Positions 25,679 to 28,750 of a stretch of DNA of 28,750 nucleotides are shown here, one piece after another. The translations under genes and the position numbers were made by a program. The notes beneath the pieces are model-generated. The model was given only the letters and a program-made list of their open reading frames with translations, was not told the origin of the DNA and made no database searches. Numbering within the stretch: position 1 is the stretch's first letter; every line of letters starts with the position of its first letter. The stretch comes from Armatimonadia bacterium (GTDB lineage: Bacteria; Armatimonadota; Zipacnadia; Zipacnadales; UBA11051): NCBI GenBank assembly GCA_039683575.1, contig JBDKRC010000150.1, positions 1-28,750 on the forward strand, given 5' to 3'.

Positions 25679-27025
25679 ATGACCTCCGAAGACCATCGCC
25701 AACGTCTGCAGAACTTCGCCGACATGCATGCCATGCTGGGTGACATGCCCTGGCAGGCGGTGCGTGACTATATCCCCGGCCAGGTTGTGTACAACCTCAG
25801 CGAGTATCCCGTGGCCACGCCGCTGGGCCCTAACGAGTATGACGCAGAGCTCTTGGGCATGTTCGCCGGCGAGGGCGTGGGGCTCATCCAGATCCACGAG
25901 GACTGGAATGACTCGCAGCGAGTGCTCGGAGCAGACAAGTTCAGCAGCCCCGATCCCGAAGGACTACAGCGGTTCGTGGACCTCGTGCACTCGCTTGGGA
26001 TGAAGATCATCCCGTACATCTCGACGGGCTACTTCGATGTTAAGGACCCGGATTTCCGGGATAGCTGGCACGATCCGCAGCGCGGCAGGCTGATCGAACT
26101 CTACTTCGACTATGCGCACTGCTCGCCCTCGAGCCCGGAATGGCGAGCTTACCTGCTGCCTCGGCTGGAGCAGGTTCTGGATCAATATGGCTTTGACGGG
26201 CTCTACAACGACATGGGCTATGCGAGACACCTCGACGGCCAGCCCGTGCTGGAGGGCCAGGTGCGGCCGGCTCCGCATACTCACGCGGCGATGGAAGACC
26301 TGCTTAGCATTGTCTATGAGATGGTCAAGCACCGCGGCGGCATCGTGAAGTGCCACGGCTGCCCCCCCGAGTGCACCGAGCGGATGCGAGTCTATGACTA
26401 CCTGTGGGTGGGCGAGGCCGTCAAGTCGCTTGAGAAGCTTCGAGACGATAGCCGGAACTTGCAGCCCTACCTGTCGCCCTGTCCGGACATGAGCCGGGCG
26501 GAAGTGGTTGACGAGCATGAGCTGTACCTGTACACGATCCCGTACCTGCAGTTCCCCTTGCGGGTGGACGGGCGGCCGGTGACGGGCGAGCGGGCAGTGG
26601 CTCCTGGGGTTGTCTATCCGCCTGAGGAGAAATGCTTCTGGACGCGGCACATGCGGGCGATCCGCAAGCTCTACCTTGAGCACCCCGAGGGGCCGTACAA
26701 CTACGGGTGGTGGGACAGCAGCCCGGGCAGGCCACAGGCGCGGGACCTCTGGTTTGACTACCTGCGGCTGTACCGGCCTATGGTCGAGAATCAGAGCCGG
26801 GCCTGGGTGGAGGTGGGACCGACCCCGCTGTTCAAATGGCGTCTACCAGAGAAGGTCACGGCCACGTTCTACGTGAACACCGAGACCTATCTGGTCCTGG
26901 CCAACTTTGGCGACCAGGCGGCGGTAGTGGACTCTCTGTGGGAGTGGGAGAACAGGCGGACGGGGGAGAAGACCTCAAAGATTACGCTGCAATCGCATCA
27001 ACTGGCATTTCTTAAGAGAGTGTAG
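25679..27025 (+). CDS. Glycoside hydrolase-like TIM-barrel protein
   Basis: L.RFVDLVHSLGMKIIPYIS, C.PSSPEWRAY, YGFDGLYNDMG (catalytic-Asp-type motif); no signal peptide. Confidence 0.7.
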   Translation: MTSEDHRQRLQNFADMHAMLGDMPWQAVRDYIPGQVVYNLSEYPVATPLGPNEYDAELLGMFAGEGVGLIQIHEDWNDSQRVLGADKFSSPDPEGLQRFVDLVHSLGMKIIPYISTGYFDVKDPDFRDSWHDPQRGRLIELYFDYAHCSPSSPEWRAYLLPRLEQVLDQYGFDGLYNDMGYARHLDGQPVLEGQVRPAPHTHAAMEDLLSIVYEMVKHRGGIVKCHGCPPECTERMRVYDYLWVGEAVKSLEKLRDDSRNLQPYLSPCPDMSRAEVVDEHELYLYTIPYLQFPLRVDGRPVTGERAVAPGVVYPPEEKCFWTRHMRAIRKLYLEHPEGPYNYGWWDSSPGRPQARDLWFDYLRLYRPMVENQSRAWVEVGPTPLFKWRLPEKVTATFYVNTETYLVLANFGDQAAVVDSLWEWENRRTGEKTSKITLQSHQLAFLKRV

Positions 27026-27036
27026 GCACACGACCT

Positions 27037-27798
27037 ATGAACGAGCAATCACTGAAGCGTCTAGCCCCCACCGTGGCGGCCCTGCTGGGCCTTCCTGCGC
27101 CCCAGTTAGCCACCGAGGCACCGTTGGATGAACTCGTGGCCGATCTCGCCCCGGCAGAGCGAGTGGCAGTGCTGGCGCCGGATGCGCTGGGCTGGTACCC
27201 GTTTGGGCTGTGGCGGCATGAGATGCCCTATCTGGACGGGCTGCACAAGTCGCGGAGCATGGTCCTGCGCGCAGTGATGCCCACCATCACGCCGGTGAAC
27301 TTCTCCACGATGTTAACCGGCGCGGAGAAGGCAGGCCATGGCGTAGGGACCTTCAACGACAGCTTTGTCTGTGAGACCCTGTTTGACGTGCTGCGCCGCG
27401 AGGGACACCAGAGCGCCGGAGTGGGGCAGAAGGGCTATACGGGCGGAGAGCTGCTCGGACGCTTTGCGGATCTGTGGGGCAAGGCAGAGAGCAATACCGA
27501 CGCCGAGGTGGAAGAGATTGCCCTGCGCTTTGCCACCGAGCACCGCCCCAAATTCATGATCGTACAGCTTGGGACGACCGACGACGTCTTCCACAAGTAT
27601 GGGCCGACCTCGACGGAAGTGCTGCCGGTAGTGCGCGAGACCGACGAGCGGCTACGCCGGATGGTCGCGACCTTGAAGAATCTAGGGTACGCGATCATCG
27701 TGACGGCGGATCATGGGCAACATGACGCGGAGGGCGGCGGAGGCTCGCACGGGCAGGAGCGGGATGAAGATGCGCTGGTGCCGTTGACGTGGTTGTGA
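27037..27798 (+). CDS. Alkaline phosphatase superfamily protein (NPP/PglZ-like)
   Basis: APDALG, PTIT...STMLTG (Thr nucleophile), TDDVFHKYGP, VTADHGQH, final HG. Confidence 0.88.
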   Translation: MNEQSLKRLAPTVAALLGLPAPQLATEAPLDELVADLAPAERVAVLAPDALGWYPFGLWRHEMPYLDGLHKSRSMVLRAVMPTITPVNFSTMLTGAEKAGHGVGTFNDSFVCETLFDVLRREGHQSAGVGQKGYTGGELLGRFADLWGKAESNTDAEVEEIALRFATEHRPKFMIVQLGTTDDVFHKYGPTSTEVLPVVRETDERLRRMVATLKNLGYAIIVTADHGQHDAEGGGGSHGQERDEDALVPLTWL

Positions 27799-27804
27799 GA
27801 ACAG

Positions 27805-27905
27805 GCAGGGGGACGCAACAAGTCTTGTCATTCTGAGCGACGCGAAGAATCCCAAAGCAGGGGCATGCAACAAGCCTTGTCATTCTGAGCGAAGCGAAGA
27901 ATCCC
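27805..27905 (+). repeat. Tandem direct duplication (49-bp unit, 52-bp period) carrying REP-like GTCATTCTGAGCGA.GCGAAGAATC
   Basis: Units 27805-27853 and 27857-27905 differ at 4 positions; core is related to the arms at 3210-3277. Confidence 0.8.
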
Positions 27906-27975
27906 CCGGGTGCGGACAGAGCCTTTGTTTCACGTCCCACCATGGCATGGCACGTGGAGGGGAGCAGGAAACAAG

Positions 27976-28007
27976 AAAACGCCACAGCCCGAAGGCTGTG
28001 GCGTTTT
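27976..28007. terminator. Bidirectional intrinsic terminator
   Basis: AAAA-CGCCACAGCC-cgaa-GGCTGTGGCG-TTTT (UUCG loop on the minus strand) between convergent genes. Confidence 0.9.
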
Positions 28008-28026
28008 GGCTAACCAAAGCAGGCCG

Positions 28027-28635
28027 CTACTGGTAGCGGACCTGGCTGAGACTGTTCTGCTTGAACCACTTGGCGTGGCCGTCGAGGAAGTTGAGGTTCA
28101 TGCCCTCGTTGTGTCGGCAGCCGCCGATCATGCGAGGGTTGGTGTGGTCAATCATACCGGTGGCGGTGACAACGTAGATGTAGGGGCGCTGGATGCCCTC
28201 AGTGACCATCGCCGTCTCCGCGGGGTACTGGAAGAAGCTCTGGGCATTGTTGTACAGGTAGTAGTTGTACATATAGCTGAGTTGCTGAGTGGGGTAGGTG
28301 CCCGGCAGGTAGTTTGAGCCGAAGGTGTGAACGTCTATGGGAGGATTCGCGTTGGAGATGCAGTCACGCAGCGAATCGCTGGGGCAGAGGAAGACCTGGA
28401 CGTTCTTCACGTAGGGATAGATGGCGTCAACGTAACCGCCATGGGGGTAACCCGGCCAGGCGCTGTCGCCCCAGGCCAGGCTGTCGCCCTTGGGAAAGCG
28501 CTCGTCGTAGTCCTGGCAATACTGCAGGAACGCTACGCCGATCTGCTTCATGTTGTTAAGACAGGATGATTGCCGGGCCTTTTCGCGGGCCTTGGCGAAG
28601 ACTGGGAAGAGGATCGCTGCCAAAATGGCAATGAT
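28027..28635 (-). CDS. DUF1559 / H-X9-DG prepilin-like protein lacking its native N-terminal methylation motif (interrupted or 5'-replaced)
   Basis: IIAILAAILFPVFAKAREKARQSSCLNNMKQIG, QDYDERFP, FLCPSD, HNEGMNLNFLDGHAKW. Family similarity stops abruptly upstream of codon ATC at 28635; an in-frame TTG lies at 28677. Confidence 0.88.
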   Translation of the reverse strand: MIAILAAILFPVFAKAREKARQSSCLNNMKQIGVAFLQYCQDYDERFPKGDSLAWGDSAWPGYPHGGYVDAIYPYVKNVQVFLCPSDSLRDCISNANPPIDVHTFGSNYLPGTYPTQQLSYMYNYYLYNNAQSFFQYPAETAMVTEGIQRPYIYVVTATGMIDHTNPRMIGGCRHNEGMNLNFLDGHAKWFKQNSLSQVRYQ

Positions 28636-28673
28636 GTAGCCGCTGAAAAACAGCAAGCAGGTATCGTTTTGTC

Positions 28674-28750
28674 TCAAGGGAATCCTTGGTTGAGGTGATC
28701 TGCTTGCAGCACAAGTCTCAGCCCCATGCGCCCTCGCTCTACGACGACGT
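28674..28750 (-). CDS. 3' end of an upstream ORF, possibly a large serine recombinase C-terminus
   Basis: Open frame from the window edge: VVVERGRMGLRLVLQADHLNQGFP-TGA. Only 24 codons visible. Confidence 0.3.
   Translation of the reverse strand, partial: VVVERGRMGLRLVLQADHLNQGFP

Noticed and set aside
24354-25682. 442-aa plus-strand ORF
   Set aside because: Antisense shadow of the aldo/keto reductase, as expected in GC-rich DNA; no motifs.
27805-27905. Possible CRISPR array
   Set aside because: Only two units with 3 nt between them, no unique spacers and no cas genes; the core matches the REP-like repeat at 3210.
28636-28750. Group II intron 3' end as the cause of the DUF1559 interruption (junction ends in ...AC)
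   Set aside because: No recognisable domain V hairpin with AGC/CGC triad and GNRA loop within the 115 nt before the junction.

Overview
GC-rich bacterial chromosomal window. It is probably Armatimonadota (inferred from the DUF1559/H-X9-DG prepilin-like gene, DUF4838 protein and FlgD-Ig-tailed beta-helix protein), and the Fe-S-dependent sulfur genes suggest an anaerobe. Left to right: (1) a minus-strand envelope-stress-like cluster (DUF2207-like exported protein, SPFH + zinc ribbons, DUF4178-like, helical protein); (2) a VWA/GATase-like membrane protein and several secreted or carbohydrate-active proteins; (3) a histidine kinase whose only input is a winged-helix-like domain, then a single-domain receiver; (4) a sulfur/one-carbon neighbourhood (Rrf2-cysK-cysE, purN, methanogen-type homocysteine synthesis trio COG1900 + NIL-ferredoxin + COG2122, MtnX-like HAD), with two signal-peptide-bearing YbjN paralogs embedded; (5) an aldo/keto reductase, a GH-like protein, an alkaline-phosphatase-superfamily protein and a DUF1559 gene. 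Two candidates stand out. One is an unannotated Met-rich leader ORF (MSMGM) with alternative RNA pairings in front of a CBS-less homocysteine synthase. The other is a prepilin-like gene whose G/FTLIELLVVIA N-terminus is replaced exactly at the IIAIL boundary by foreign DNA ending a possible recombinase gene. All family assignments come from motif recognition by eye; no searches were run.
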